A DNA stretch of 64,000 nucleotides from assembly GCA_040285745.1 (NCBI GenBank), contig JAUFOR010000004.1:868001-932000 (forward strand), read 5' to 3'. Shown one piece after another: positions 49,476 to 61,259 of the stretch. The number at the start of each line of letters is the position of its first letter. Position 1 is the first letter of the stretch. This DNA comes from Barthelona sp. PCE. Its lineage: Eukaryota. The translations under genes and the position numbers were made by a program. Under the pieces are notes generated by a model. The model was not told where the DNA came from. It saw only the letters and a list, made by a program, of their open reading frames with translations, and did not search any database.

Positions 49476-50010
49476 AACAGTAGCGTGCTTGCTCTTTAGA
49501 TGAACTTTCCCTGATGATTTTGAGGCTACTTAAATTTTAATTTTTCTCTTAGGTCTCCATCTTTGAATTTGGTTTGGTGTTTACATAAAATTATAGCCTT
49601 CATGATCCTACTTCACAATTAACAGTACACGTCTGTTCCACAAGCATAGGAATTTGTAACATATGCAATTGAGCAATTGAAAAGGAAGTACTGTGTAAGG
49701 ATATATAAGTGACACTTTTCAGGCATTGGTTTACATAAGAACACAGATCTGATGTGGAATTGCCAGCATACATATGTGAGTTTGTAAAGAGCGTTTAAAA
49801 ATTCAATCTATGCTTTACAAGAACAAAATTGCTAATACTTTTCCAACCCTTTTCCATAACAGTTCTAAAACTTGTTTAAATATCTGAGTAGACAATATGG
49901 GCAAAAAGAATGAATTCGTTAACAATATAAGATGAAGTTTAGAGGAAATATTAACGATGAAGAGGAATAACGATAAAATTTAACATAACAATGTTGATTT
50001 AAACCTAATA

Positions 50011-50537
50011 ATGACTGAAATTTGTAATGAAATTACTATAAGAAACCCTAAAGATGAATTACATTTTAGTGCTTTAGACTTCTTTAAAGAACATATTGAC
50101 ACGCTTGAGTCTCGCAAGGATGGGCAATTTTCGTTGCCTCAATCCGCCGTTTCCCCATTTGGCAAGTATTCAAGCAAACAAAATCAAATAGGCGTGATTT
50201 ATGTAGATTCGAGTGATTTCAGTACAATATCTGATGATCTCAACTTTTTTGTAACCCAGGAAGCGAACATCAAGTAATTTGTTTGATATTATAAAATCTG
50301 GATCCGATGATTATATACAACATTCTTTACTGGTTGAAAGTGATGATGAAAGTGGGTTTAAAGAATTTGATGGGGTATCATAGTTCACTTTCGTGTTTGG
50401 AGGATCCAATTTTACTGTTACTTGAACAATTGAATAGTATATTATCTTCATGTGTTTTGACAATAATTGCACACCATATTCGATTCGAGTATATGTTGAA
50501 AATCCGTTTGACCTCTATCATTACCATTTGCAATAAT
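50011..50537 (+). pseudogene. Possible decayed gene fragment
   Basis: 88-aa ORF followed in a shifted frame by protein-like sequence (FDIIKSGSDDYIQHSLLVE...CTPYSIRVYVENPFDLY) broken by three stops. Confidence 0.25.
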
Positions 50538-50954
50538 AAAACTCGATGTAAACTCATTTGAATTTTTTCCTCCCTTTTTACGTTTTTGCCATTTAACATT
50601 TACCATTGTAGGTTGGAGGATTTTGCATCGGGGCTATGTTTGTTGAGATGACGCATTGATTTTAGCATTCCGCATCATTTTTTCATAAAAAATTTTGTTT
50701 AAGGATTTACACAGTCTACGAAGTATGATCTATGATGGCAAGTTGATCTCATGTTGCCGAACTACACTTTTTTGTTCTTACAGTGTAAGCACAAAGAAAA
50801 AAAGTTGGAAATGTTTTCACCACAAGTAAAGAGAGTTTGTTAATATCAACACCATATTCAATCTAACAGCAGTTTTTAGCTACTGTACAGCAACCATAGC
50901 CATCTATACATCTTTATTACTGTGCTTATTGTTTTCTATACATCTTTTACACTC

Positions 50955-53900
50955 ATGGACTTTTTTGATAGAATTTCTGAGGTTATAGGAGTTCCATTTG
51001 ATGAATGCGAAGCAAAAATAGGACCTTCTCCTTTTTGTGGGAAAAGTATTAGTAGTTTCTTTGTTCCTGATTATGATGAAGATATTTGTTTTTGTGAAAG
51101 CTGTAAGGATCTACAACCTGAGGGCACAAAGTTTGTTTTACAATGTGGAGAAGAGTTGCAAGCATTCTGTGATTTTAGGCGTGAAATATCTGAAGAAGAG
51201 TACATTTCTGAAGTCTGTGAAACCCTATCATGTCCTCCAACTTTCCTTAAGGATATCCAGAAGATTTTTGAAGAAATCTATGCAAGCAAAGATATTGTTT
51301 CTATTTTCCATCGAATTTTATCTGCTGATTGGTTTCGTCCAATCGTCATGCTTGTACTTCGCAACACTGTTCTATGTGATGTTGAATCATTAACTGCATT
51401 TGTTGAGAATTTTAAGATTCAAGGTTACCCAGTAACGGCTCTTTCTGATTTTCTGCTTTTAATTGGACCATTTCATCTTGTTTGGAATCCACAATTCATG
51501 GTTTTTGGGCAACTAAAGGCCGTTATTATGTCTGTTTTTGGAGATATCGAAGAAGTTTATGATTTAGTTGCGGCCTGCGAGTTTCAATTGCATCCTATCG
51601 CTGATGAATTGATTGGGAGGTGTCCGGAGATACCATTCGTTATGCTTCATTCGGTGATGCTTGATATGGGTCTCGTTTTTCCTTATGATAGATCGGTTGT
51701 TTATGATGTTATTCTGGGGGTTACACAGAAAGGTTCAGAAAATGTATTGCTCCCTTTTACCCAAGGATCGTCACAATTACCTTATTTAGAATATTTAACT
51801 TTAGTGGACAAGCTGTGCTCAGTGTTTTTTTTCTTTGATGCAATTGCTTTAGATTACGCTATGCTATGCGACATTGATCTGTTTAGGGTGTTTGGGTACT
51901 GTTTTTACTCATTATCAATAGCCAGTATTTATCCCTTACCAACATCCACTCCCCCAGCTCTGTTTTGGGGAGACAGTGATTATTTTGAGAATTTAGTCAT
52001 GAGGTTGAAGTCAATTAGACTGTATAGACCGCTTTCTGTTGATCTGACACAGTTTGATGATGGTATACTGCGAGAATTTTTGGTGGAAACGATTAAGTTT
52101 ATTGCACATATGCCAGATTTAACCAAGCTCAACATTTTAGGCTTGGATAAGTTATTTTTCCTCTCAATTGGAGGGTTTAAATTCGCTATTACTTATTTTT
52201 TTAATATTTCTAGTTTCAAGGGACTCGGATGGATTTCAAAAATTTTTAAAGAGAATGTCAGCGTAACCCAAGCCCTTGCAACTACTGATTTTTATGTGTT
52301 CCTTATACTAAGTATCTTAATGCAGGAAATGAACAATGAATGGTTTTTTTTGGAAAAGCCATCAGTTTCAATAGTGCATATTTACAGTCAAATTTCTTTT
52401 TTTGCAAATTTTCTACGATTTCTATGCACTTTAGAGTTAGTTACTTTTGATTATATTGTTAAATCTTTGCGTCGTCAGTGTAATGGTAACAGTTTGTTGT
52501 TCATATTGTGTATTACAGCTATTATTCGAATGGAAATGCCTCTATTTAACAAATATTTCTTCAGAAGTTTAATTGTGGGTGTGTTGTGCAGCCAAGATGA
52601 ATCGGAAAGATCCATATTGAAGTCTATCACTGATGATGCAATGGAGTGGGATTGCAATGTGGCTGATCTTTTTTCATTGCGCCGTTTTAAGGGAGTAGAT
52701 ATATTCAATCCGACAGAAAAGCTGTATAGCGTTGCAGAAATTACATTTCTAATGGGATTAAGTGGCATCGAACGTTTGACCATGAATTCCCCTCAGGGTT
52801 TGAGTTTTTTGGCATTCAAACCCCACGTCATCTCATTCATTAATGAAGATATTGTCAATACTGGGCTGGACGCATGTGCAAGTGTATACGAGGATAAGAA
52901 CTTGGAGCTAAAAGTTGCTACATTGTTTTTGGGGGAATTCTTGCATTCTTATTATCCTGATCTTGTCAGTCCAGTGAACAAGGACTTAAAACTTGTCTTT
53001 GATATCACAGACGATGAATATGCACTGTACCCATCTGTTTTCTCATCGATTGAAGAACACTGGAAACACATGAGAATTACTCGTTCTGAAGTCCAAAACA
53101 GAAACACAGGTATATCCAAAGCACAGCAAGCAATTATTTCGAAGATGGATATGGCTGCAAGTGCGCTTCTTTCTCAGTTTCCACTTCCCGGGCAGGATCA
53201 AAGTGAATTAGATGTTCCTGACTATATTAAGGATTGTTTTATTGAATACGAGCACATATGTCCCGTCTGTCATGAGAAAATTGTGCTTAACGCATCAACC
53301 CTTAAGGATAACCAAATATGTGTGCCGTTCTCATCCGGATTATATTTCACGAAGAAATTGAGAAAAAAACACATACCCCAGTTGCTTGAAACATGCTTTC
53401 ACATCGTCCATCGTAAATGTATGATTCATGAGAGTATGAATTTTAACTGTGCTAAATGCAATCTGCAGCATTGGCTGTGTCTTCCACTTCCACCGAGCTT
53501 CGATGACAGAGATGAGTGTTTGCAATGGTACAGAAAGCCAATGAGCTGTTGTGTTGAGTTAACTGTACCAATGTTGTCTCATCAAGTTGAGATGATATTG
53601 CAGTGCATTCACAACTTTAATGTTAGCATGGGAGATCACATAAATATGATAGCAATGTTATCGTTTGCGCATTGTTTTCTACCACAACTTCACGCTCGTG
53701 TTCATTTGATGAAGGCAAAGAAAATTTCTGAAGTTATGCTCAACAATGCAAAAAAGCAGCTCAATTTTTTTGAAGCTATTTTTTCCAAGCACGTTGAAAA
53801 CATTATGAGGTTTTTCCCTGAAGTGCATGTGGAGTATTTATCCACCACAAAAGATTATGTTGTTTTGGCAACATATCAACTCAAAGATGCTGCACTTGCT

Positions 53901-54446
53901 GAGCTTCAGAAAGCATGCATTCATCGATTAATTCGCAAGAAGTGCTTAAGAATAGATTTCACAAGTATAGCTTCCATTTATAACACAGAGATAAAAACGT
54001 GGATTCATCCTTCAGAAGAAGATGTAGGCCGTTTCCTCAACTGTAGCGACTTAAAAGATGTTACATTAGAGGATGTTGAACCGGGTGTGTATATTCATAA
54101 TGATACTGGTTTGGTTTTGGTGAGAGACATTACCAAAACAGTTGTGTTTGACACACCTTTTCGAGGTGAAATGGGAGAGAGTGTTATTGAGAATCAATGC
54201 CCTTTGACAGTTGATAAGAAGATTGCTAATTTCATCAACATGTATCTCAAGGGCATGCATTCTTTCTTAGACATTACGAGTCATGAATATGTAATTGACG
54301 TTTTCCCTTCTGGCATAAATATGATGTATAGTGTTGCTGAAAAGGTCGTAGAGCTGTACCCAGAACAATGTGAAGCATATTTGCCAATTATGGAGCATAT
54401 GTTAGAATTACAAGAGGAGTACATGGAAGGGGAAGATTTATTTTAG
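50955..54446 (+). CDS. Divergent UBR1/2/3-like RING E3 ubiquitin ligase
   Basis: Split RING CPVC...TCFHIVHRKC...FNCAKC...LP; remnant UBR-box CFCESC...AFCD; C-terminal PFRGEMGE (cf. PYLDxxGE). Confidence 0.65.
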   Translation: MDFFDRISEVIGVPFDECEAKIGPSPFCGKSISSFFVPDYDEDICFCESCKDLQPEGTKFVLQCGEELQAFCDFRREISEEEYISEVCETLSCPPTFLKDIQKIFEEIYASKDIVSIFHRILSADWFRPIVMLVLRNTVLCDVESLTAFVENFKIQGYPVTALSDFLLLIGPFHLVWNPQFMVFGQLKAVIMSVFGDIEEVYDLVAACEFQLHPIADELIGRCPEIPFVMLHSVMLDMGLVFPYDRSVVYDVILGVTQKGSENVLLPFTQGSSQLPYLEYLTLVDKLCSVFFFFDAIALDYAMLCDIDLFRVFGYCFYSLSIASIYPLPTSTPPALFWGDSDYFENLVMRLKSIRLYRPLSVDLTQFDDGILREFLVETIKFIAHMPDLTKLNILGLDKLFFLSIGGFKFAITYFFNISSFKGLGWISKIFKENVSVTQALATTDFYVFLILSILMQEMNNEWFFLEKPSVSIVHIYSQISFFANFLRFLCTLELVTFDYIVKSLRRQCNGNSLLFILCITAIIRMEMPLFNKYFFRSLIVGVLCSQDESERSILKSITDDAMEWDCNVADLFSLRRFKGVDIFNPTEKLYSVAEITFLMGLSGIERLTMNSPQGLSFLAFKPHVISFINEDIVNTGLDACASVYEDKNLELKVATLFLGEFLHSYYPDLVSPVNKDLKLVFDITDDEYALYPSVFSSIEEHWKHMRITRSEVQNRNTGISKAQQAIISKMDMAASALLSQFPLPGQDQSELDVPDYIKDCFIEYEHICPVCHEKIVLNASTLKDNQICVPFSSGLYFTKKLRKKHIPQLLETCFHIVHRKCMIHESMNFNCAKCNLQHWLCLPLPPSFDDRDECLQWYRKPMSCCVELTVPMLSHQVEMILQCIHNFNVSMGDHINMIAMLSFAHCFLPQLHARVHLMKAKKISEVMLNNAKKQLNFFEAIFSKHVENIMRFFPEVHVEYLSTTKDYVVLATYQLKDAALAELQKACIHRLIRKKCLRIDFTSIASIYNTEIKTWIHPSEEDVGRFLNCSDLKDVTLEDVEPGVYIHNDTGLVLVRDITKTVVFDTPFRGEMGESVIENQCPLTVDKKIANFINMYLKGMHSFLDITSHEYVIDVFPSGINMMYSVAEKVVELYPEQCEAYLPIMEHMLELQEEYMEGEDLF

Positions 54447-54612
54447 TTGATTAAATTAATATCAATCATAATATGTGTGGAACTTAGGCTAAACTTATGT
54501 TGTCTTTTTTAAATGAAATGTGGAACAGTCAAAGTAAATTTTTTTATTATTTTTTTTTTACCCATAATCACTCATCAATTTGTTGGTGTTGGGGACTTAT
54601 TTACTATAGTTC

Positions 54613-56481
54613 ATGCCACGAACCGTACACACATTATCCAATAACTTTATCTTTACTCCATTTTCTGGAAAGATTATCGTTAGCAGCACGGAAGGTTATT
54701 TAAACACTAGAAAGTTGTGTATTATCGATAAAAGAACAGATTTATCCGTTCAAGGACCCTCAGTTGATCCCAAATTGAGCAATAGATTTGAAATGCTCAA
54801 ACCCACCTTGTTAAGGCCATGCATCTTTTATAGGACCAGATCTATTGAGCGTAATGTTGCCCCTGCATGTACAGTGTACACATTAATTGAGCTGTATTTA
54901 TTCGAAGAAGGGGACTTTAAGTTTATAGCCGATTATGAGGTGCCCTTTTCTTTTAACGGTTGTTTATTGGATGAAAGGTGGCTATTAACCGGAAAATATA
55001 CCTTTCAATCAACTGAAATCACCCTGATCACCTATGATTTAAAGGAGAATATAGTAGTTGCATCAGAAACGTTTATTTTAGGTTGGTTCCACAAGTATTT
55101 TGTTCATGAAGGTGTTGCATATTTGATTTCTGGTAAGAATAGCAGAATTGTAAAGATGGTTTCGTGGGCAAACGGAAAGCCATCACTTGTTGATCCTGTT
55201 CACAAAGATCTTAATATTGTGGCCTTAGACATGACTCCTGGAGACAGTCGATTCATAATTGAACATTCAGATAAAGCAGCTACATTCTCACTTAATGAAG
55301 ATGGTGAGTTAAGCAGTATTCCGCTTGATTTTTTATTGCCTGACTTAAAAGGTGAAGAAGAAATTGCACGTATTCTAGACGTGGTTGTACCACGGCTATC
55401 TTATCGTGGGCAGTTTTTAAACGTTTATTGTGAGCATTGGGATTTTGTTACACTCGGTAACGATGTGTTTTGCACAGTATATGATGCTAGATCAGGGGAA
55501 ACAACTTTCTGTCCGTTATTTAGACGAGATTTCGATTGTATATTCGTGTTAGGTAATGTCCCAATGCGTTTATCATACGATAGACGATCAAGAACTTTAA
55601 TGGAGTATCCATTGCTATTTGATTTAGTTGGTAATTCCATAAAACTGTTGATCCCTTCAAGTGAAGGATTCAAAGGTGACGTGTTGCGTAATGGTAAAAG
55701 GTTCTATGATCTTGATGTTCAAGAGTGGAGAGTAGGATACGTTACGCAAAATGATAGAGAAGTACGAATATATATTGGTGATTCTGAACAAAGCTTCATT
55801 TTACGTAAAGGTATCAAGAACTATGATGTTTTATTTAATAACAGACACTATGTGGCGATATTCGAGCGAAGAGGGCAGAAGACAATCTCAATCAACGGAG
55901 AAATTGCTCAAGTCCAAGCAACACGCTGCCCAAAGGTGGTTGGCAATCGGATATGGTATATAAAAGACAGGAATATTCTTACGATGCTTGAATTAGAAGC
56001 GATAACAGGTGAGCTGATAGATTCAAAGGAGCTCAGTTTCGAAGGTCAGTGGTGGTGTCTGTACACGAATCCATATTGTGCTGAGGAATGTGTCATGGCA
56101 GGTTCAACAACTTTTATTGTGAGATACAGTGCAAATGAAGGAATATTGAGATGTTTTGAAATATCATCCATTAAGTACAGTGTTTGTTTTGTCGATCAGG
56201 GATATTTATCATACGGTGGTAAGGTGTATAAGTTTGGCTGCGATAGCATAACGGATATGTTTGATTTAGACATGTACAGCGATTATACATACTCGCCAGA
56301 ACGTGGAATTGGATTTAATTACACACAACTTGACGGTAACAAGGTGAAGATACACACATTTAAGATAAAAGATGATGGCACGGGAGTTATTGTTTTCACA
56401 CAAATTTTGGATCTTGTAGAGTTTCTTTCACAGTGTGAAATATCTTCATTATTTTCTTCTTTTGATCAGTTTAGAAAGTAA
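54613..56481 (+). CDS. Lineage-specific beta-rich (propeller-like) hypothetical protein
   Basis: 622-aa ORF rich in short beta-strand patterns. Confidence 0.75.
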   Translation: MPRTVHTLSNNFIFTPFSGKIIVSSTEGYLNTRKLCIIDKRTDLSVQGPSVDPKLSNRFEMLKPTLLRPCIFYRTRSIERNVAPACTVYTLIELYLFEEGDFKFIADYEVPFSFNGCLLDERWLLTGKYTFQSTEITLITYDLKENIVVASETFILGWFHKYFVHEGVAYLISGKNSRIVKMVSWANGKPSLVDPVHKDLNIVALDMTPGDSRFIIEHSDKAATFSLNEDGELSSIPLDFLLPDLKGEEEIARILDVVVPRLSYRGQFLNVYCEHWDFVTLGNDVFCTVYDARSGETTFCPLFRRDFDCIFVLGNVPMRLSYDRRSRTLMEYPLLFDLVGNSIKLLIPSSEGFKGDVLRNGKRFYDLDVQEWRVGYVTQNDREVRIYIGDSEQSFILRKGIKNYDVLFNNRHYVAIFERRGQKTISINGEIAQVQATRCPKVVGNRIWYIKDRNILTMLELEAITGELIDSKELSFEGQWWCLYTNPYCAEECVMAGSTTFIVRYSANEGILRCFEISSIKYSVCFVDQGYLSYGGKVYKFGCDSITDMFDLDMYSDYTYSPERGIGFNYTQLDGNKVKIHTFKIKDDGTGVIVFTQILDLVEFLSQCEISSLFSSFDQFRK

Positions 56482-56664
56482 GATTTGCACTTATTATAAT
56501 TGTTGAAGATATTAAAATTTGTTTATTGATATTTCGAAATTTTTACTGGGATTTGGAGTACTATGTTGCGTATTTCTCAGTCGAAAGAGGAACCACGACG
56601 CGATTGAACACGTGGTTGGACGGGTACAACACAAATTTGATCATGGTTAAAAATACAATTTTTA

Positions 56665-57213
56665 TTATTTATATCGTAAAACTGTTTGATTAAGAGTGAT
56701 ATCTGATCTGTTTGCGCCAACACTGAGACGCTTACAAGTAACACATGAATCTGAAAGCATGACTGTGCTGTAATCCAAGCAGCAAACGCAACTATTGGTT
56801 GACAATCTTGAATTCCCAACTTTAACGCAACTGCCATTCTTTGCAAAAATGATTGTTCTCTCACTTTGAAATACACAATGGTCGATGATTGACGGTGAAT
56901 GCCAAATGTTGAAATTTAGAGGAGCATTATTGAAGTAACAATTTCTGATTCTTACACTCAAGTAAGCACCCGAAAAACTAATTACACCATTAACAAAACA
57001 ACAATTCTCAACGTTAATGCACTGACCACTTCCTTTGATTGTCAAATTTCCAGCTATACGGGGCATTTTCTCAGGGTCAGTTGTTGAAGAGCCTAGGTAA
57101 AGTTGCTCGTTTGCGTTAAAGGTTAAGCCATCAGTATCATAAGTCGTTGAAGGGTTAAGTGTGTATATATTTGGTGGTATGACTAGTTTTTCGCGTAAAC
57201 AAGCATGTTTCAT
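56665..57213 (-). CDS. Right-handed parallel beta-helix protein
   Basis: Repeats INVENCCF, VRIRNCYF, IIDHCVF, VKVGNSRL and VMLSDSCV. Confidence 0.65.
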   Translation of the reverse strand: MKHACLREKLVIPPNIYTLNPSTTYDTDGLTFNANEQLYLGSSTTDPEKMPRIAGNLTIKGSGQCINVENCCFVNGVISFSGAYLSVRIRNCYFNNAPLNFNIWHSPSIIDHCVFQSERTIIFAKNGSCVKVGNSRLSTNSCVCCLDYSTVMLSDSCVTCKRLSVGANRSDITLNQTVLRYK

Positions 57214-57722
57214 AAAAAAATGGGTAGAAAAGAATAAAACAACATTAGTCACATAATATGTTAATTCCATGGTGCTTATTTCACCCAAAAGAAAAGAAAA
57301 ATACTCTATAACACAATAAATTATGTGAAATACAGTTATGACACAAGATTCCTTGATAAGATTAAAGATTTTCCAAAATTTGCCCTAAATATGAGTCCAA
57401 CTGTCCAACTGACAAAACTTATCGAACTATATTCCCCCAACTGCTTAAACTACTGGAATTTCTTTAAAAAAGTAAAAACTTGAAAAAAAAGAATGAAACT
57501 AATTATTTAGACCCCAAATACAACAATAGCTTCAGTATCAAATCAAAACACACCGAAATTTACCATTCAATAAAAGAAAATATCTTGAAAAGGGTTGAAA
57601 ATGTAAATTTTACTTGTACAGAATACAGATTTTTCAATGCTCTTTATCCGTTGGCATAAACAAGTGTGTGTTTAGCTGCAGTTAGTAAATTGGGTGACTA
57701 CAAATAGTAAACAAAATCCTTA

Positions 57723-59375
57723 TCACACATCATCCATAGATTCAATACTATGAGTATATCTGATATAACATAACCGTTTTCCACTCCTCTCATTCCAAAC
57801 ATAGGTCTCTCTCCTATCCATCAGTGGATGCGGGTACATTGGGTACCAATAATGAATCACCTTGCTACTGAAATTTGCTCTGACAATCACATTCATGAAG
57901 GAGTGTGTAACTGTATCAGTGCCCAATAAGAATGAATCGAACATGTAAGGTTGGAGACTATCGTGTTCATTCAAAATGGGATCAATGACATTGACTAAAT
58001 CACTTACTTTCTCTTTGGGAGGTAACCAAATTGGTTCCGGCCACTCAATATTGCTTTTTCCGTAATCTTCACTTTGTACTATAGAGTTGATCTTATCTAT
58101 GAAAGCAGCTGTTTCAATTTCCGTTGGGATAAGGTCTGTGAGTACTCTCTGAAGATTATTAGCGTTAAGAGCATCGGTTATAGCATCAAAAACGCTCTCA
58201 GGAAGTATGCTGTGCCATAAATTGAAGGGATACAAGAAAATATCATGACATTTGGACATTTTGTTTTGCTCCATTTCCATATGAATATTTTTGAATATCG
58301 GTTTAGTTGTAGATAAATCAGTATTTTCCAGCTGTTCACGTATTAATTTACGCTGAAGAGGAGTAAAACTTTTTTCTATTTTGGGGTGGTTCATCGTTGC
58401 AGGAGTTCCATAAACACATGCCCCGATTGAGATGCGAAATGTCTCCCAATACTGAGAAGCGATTTCATTATCCGCTTCCGTTATGCATTCAAGCTCGCAC
58501 CCTTCTTCAATTAAAAACTCTTCCAAAACACTTTTAATAGTGTTCCGATTAACAGATTTGTTTGTTTCCATCAGGTTTAACCTCTCTTTTCCAGCATACT
58601 CCAGCACGTCCACCCATTTTGACTGTTCAATCAGTTCGACACTGTAGTCGTTCATCAAAAGACTGTCCACCACAATGATATTACGCCAGTCAAAATAAGC
58701 CACATTTAGTGCTCTTCTGAGAGCACCAACATCAACTATTGCGGATTTATCTTGGTGTACAACGTTAACAAAGACGTTGTATACGTTAATACCTAGCATA
58801 GTTATGATCACATCAGGATTTGGTGTTGTTATTAAAATCCTCCTCGATTGATGAACTCTATCAGTGTAATTGATGATCTTTTTCATTTTATGTTTAGCCT
58901 TTAAAGCGCCATCAGCAACTGCACAAATTTTCCCCCATAAGATAGCATCCTTTATCACATCATTAAGTGCACTGTGGAACGCTGCTCGGAATCCCGCCGA
59001 ATATGTGCCTGTGGAAGCTGCAAAATTGGAAAGGTTCAAGGAATCAACATCCATTTGCTGAAAATTCCTATAAATTTTCTCAAGCTTACGTTTGAACTGA
59101 GTGTGAAGAGATTTTTCACATTGGGATATTGATTGAGCACCATCTAGAAGAAAGAATATACCAATTCTGATTGTATTCTCGGTTATCGCTTCCAACAACA
59201 TATTGGTCATTTGAAGCTGAGCTTCAGGTAATATTTCGGTCCTATGATGTGCTTGCTGGAAAAACATATCGCATTCCAATAATAAATAGTCGAAGCGCAG
59301 CTTGTGTTTCCTTTTTTCAAGAAAAATGGATGGGAAATTTTCCATAAGGTGATGTAAGAATCCAGGGATGCCCAT
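57723..59375 (-). CDS. Degenerate XRN-family (5'-3' exoribonuclease N-terminal domain) protein
   Basis: MGIPGFLHHL...FPSI, FDYLLL, FFLLDGA, STGT, HK, DVII.MLG and a later FTPLQ...ILP. Confidence 0.75.
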   Translation of the reverse strand: MGIPGFLHHLMENFPSIFLEKRKHKLRFDYLLLECDMFFQQAHHRTEILPEAQLQMTNMLLEAITENTIRIGIFFLLDGAQSISQCEKSLHTQFKRKLEKIYRNFQQMDVDSLNLSNFAASTGTYSAGFRAAFHSALNDVIKDAILWGKICAVADGALKAKHKMKKIINYTDRVHQSRRILITTPNPDVIITMLGINVYNVFVNVVHQDKSAIVDVGALRRALNVAYFDWRNIIVVDSLLMNDYSVELIEQSKWVDVLEYAGKERLNLMETNKSVNRNTIKSVLEEFLIEEGCELECITEADNEIASQYWETFRISIGACVYGTPATMNHPKIEKSFTPLQRKLIREQLENTDLSTTKPIFKNIHMEMEQNKMSKCHDIFLYPFNLWHSILPESVFDAITDALNANNLQRVLTDLIPTEIETAAFIDKINSIVQSEDYGKSNIEWPEPIWLPPKEKVSDLVNVIDPILNEHDSLQPYMFDSFLLGTDTVTHSFMNVIVRANFSSKVIHYWYPMYPHPLMDRRETYVWNERSGKRLCYIRYTHSIESMDDV

Positions 59376-59483
59376 TTGCAAGATTAGGCTAATTGAAGCC
59401 CTTGTGTGAAATAAGGTGAATAATGATAAGTGGATTGCTTTGCTTTTTACTTTATAAGACATTTCCATAAACTCATTTAAGTG

Positions 59484-61259
59484 ATGCCTAGTTTTACTGA
59501 GTGCAAAGCAGATCGAAGGGTATTGATCTGTGATCAAGATGAGGCTTATGTTTTTTCACCAGATTTTAACTTAATGAAGGCATATATTGGGGCAGAGGAC
59601 TTTATAATTATTGACTTTGGCGAGAAGGAGTCTTATATCGAAGCAGGACAATGGGAATATGTACCGGTGTATTGTAGCTCTATGTTGGCATTTTATTCTC
59701 AGCTAGTTTATGAAGATAACAAGTTCACATTACTTTTGCTCAGTGTAGAAAAGAATGGAACGTACAAAACGATTTTTAGAGATGTTATTCCTGAGATTGT
59801 TTTCAGTGATATTTGCTGCATGGCTATGTTGGATGCCAACAATATCATTTACCAAACAAAGGATAAAGAAATAACATTATTTAACATATATACGAGTCAA
59901 AAGCGTATTTTGACTACAGATATGTGTCTTGTTAACCAATTGTGTGTGTGTGGTCGACGTCCTGTTATTTTTGAGGTGGAAACAGAAGACTACACGTCGC
60001 TGCACTATCGCTACGATTTTAAACCTTCAGATATTTGTGATGGAAACGATATAAGCATTAAGCAGTGTGTTCATCAGGGTGATTCCTACGTAAGTGCTAT
60101 TGGAGTTTCTAATGCTGATTGTATACGGTTTTTCAGTGACAACAATGAAAAGAAAATGTTTTCTTTGTACACCTTTATGGGAGAAGTCATAGATCTTATT
60201 GAAAGGTTCCCATCTCTTGCATCAACTCGGAATTACTTGGCAGGATCAATGATATTACACTATCTGAGCGATGTATTGTGTGTATTTACGCTTGATACTG
60301 GGTGTGTATTTGAAACTTACCGAGTTACAGCAGATAAGTGTGCTGTTGTTGCTTCTGGTACAAGCATCAGTCAATGCATATTTCCAGCAAGCTTTGAGAT
60401 TTTTTCGAATCAGATCTTTGACCACCCATGTATTAGTGCTGTACTTTGTTCGCATGATAGGATCACAACTGCACCAATCATCATGAAAGAAGGGTTATTG
60501 TTCAATACTTACGAGCTTGATGTACCTATATGGCATAAAGAACTGCTGAAGTTCAATGTTGAGGAAGGACATGTTGTGATTGATATGAGGATGAAGACAC
60601 TTAGGATATTGAAGGGTCGGGTTCCTGATTTTGTTCCACCAAGTGTGCAGTTTGAAAGTGCTATTCTTAAAATAGGTGAGGATGTCTCCCTTCACGGTGT
60701 TAGAGATTTTAAGTACAGAGATAGTAATATGGCTGTAATTTTAGATGTTGGGGAACAGTTTTTTAAAATTGAAGCTGATAGAATTCGTACGTTAAATACG
60801 AATGTCAATATGAGGTATGTTTACATTGCTCCAGATAACATAGAAGGAACTTTTGGTTTTTGTAGAGATACATTAGGCATGTATCATATATTTTTAATTA
60901 ATTGGGAGGCATTGTCTTTTCATAAGAGCGATGCGTCTGCTTTTAATGTGCAATGGGAGAATTTCAGTTTCTGGGTTTCAAACACGATGTTTGTCGTTGG
61001 TTCTTCTCTATATAGAGTGTATTTTGATGGTTTATTTGTTGTAGAACACGTTGAAGATAATGATTTATATGCAGAAATGCGGTTGGATCCATTCAGTGAA
61101 ATATTTGTACACAACCAACACTCTGCTGACGGACACTTGTTGATTTCAATGTTTTATGATTTTAGAAAGCCCCATGATGTTGAATCGGGGACTAATGTAG
61201 TTAGGACGGAGATTGTGGACATTGGGGAAGCATTTGCTTCCTTTTCTCTTATTGAATAG
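59484..61259 (+). CDS. Lineage-specific beta-rich (propeller-like) hypothetical protein
   Basis: About 590-aa ORF; composition and C-terminus resemble 54613-56481. Confidence 0.75.
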   Translation: MPSFTECKADRRVLICDQDEAYVFSPDFNLMKAYIGAEDFIIIDFGEKESYIEAGQWEYVPVYCSSMLAFYSQLVYEDNKFTLLLLSVEKNGTYKTIFRDVIPEIVFSDICCMAMLDANNIIYQTKDKEITLFNIYTSQKRILTTDMCLVNQLCVCGRRPVIFEVETEDYTSLHYRYDFKPSDICDGNDISIKQCVHQGDSYVSAIGVSNADCIRFFSDNNEKKMFSLYTFMGEVIDLIERFPSLASTRNYLAGSMILHYLSDVLCVFTLDTGCVFETYRVTADKCAVVASGTSISQCIFPASFEIFSNQIFDHPCISAVLCSHDRITTAPIIMKEGLLFNTYELDVPIWHKELLKFNVEEGHVVIDMRMKTLRILKGRVPDFVPPSVQFESAILKIGEDVSLHGVRDFKYRDSNMAVILDVGEQFFKIEADRIRTLNTNVNMRYVYIAPDNIEGTFGFCRDTLGMYHIFLINWEALSFHKSDASAFNVQWENFSFWVSNTMFVVGSSLYRVYFDGLFVVEHVEDNDLYAEMRLDPFSEIFVHNQHSADGHLLISMFYDFRKPHDVESGTNVVRTEIVDIGEAFASFSLIE

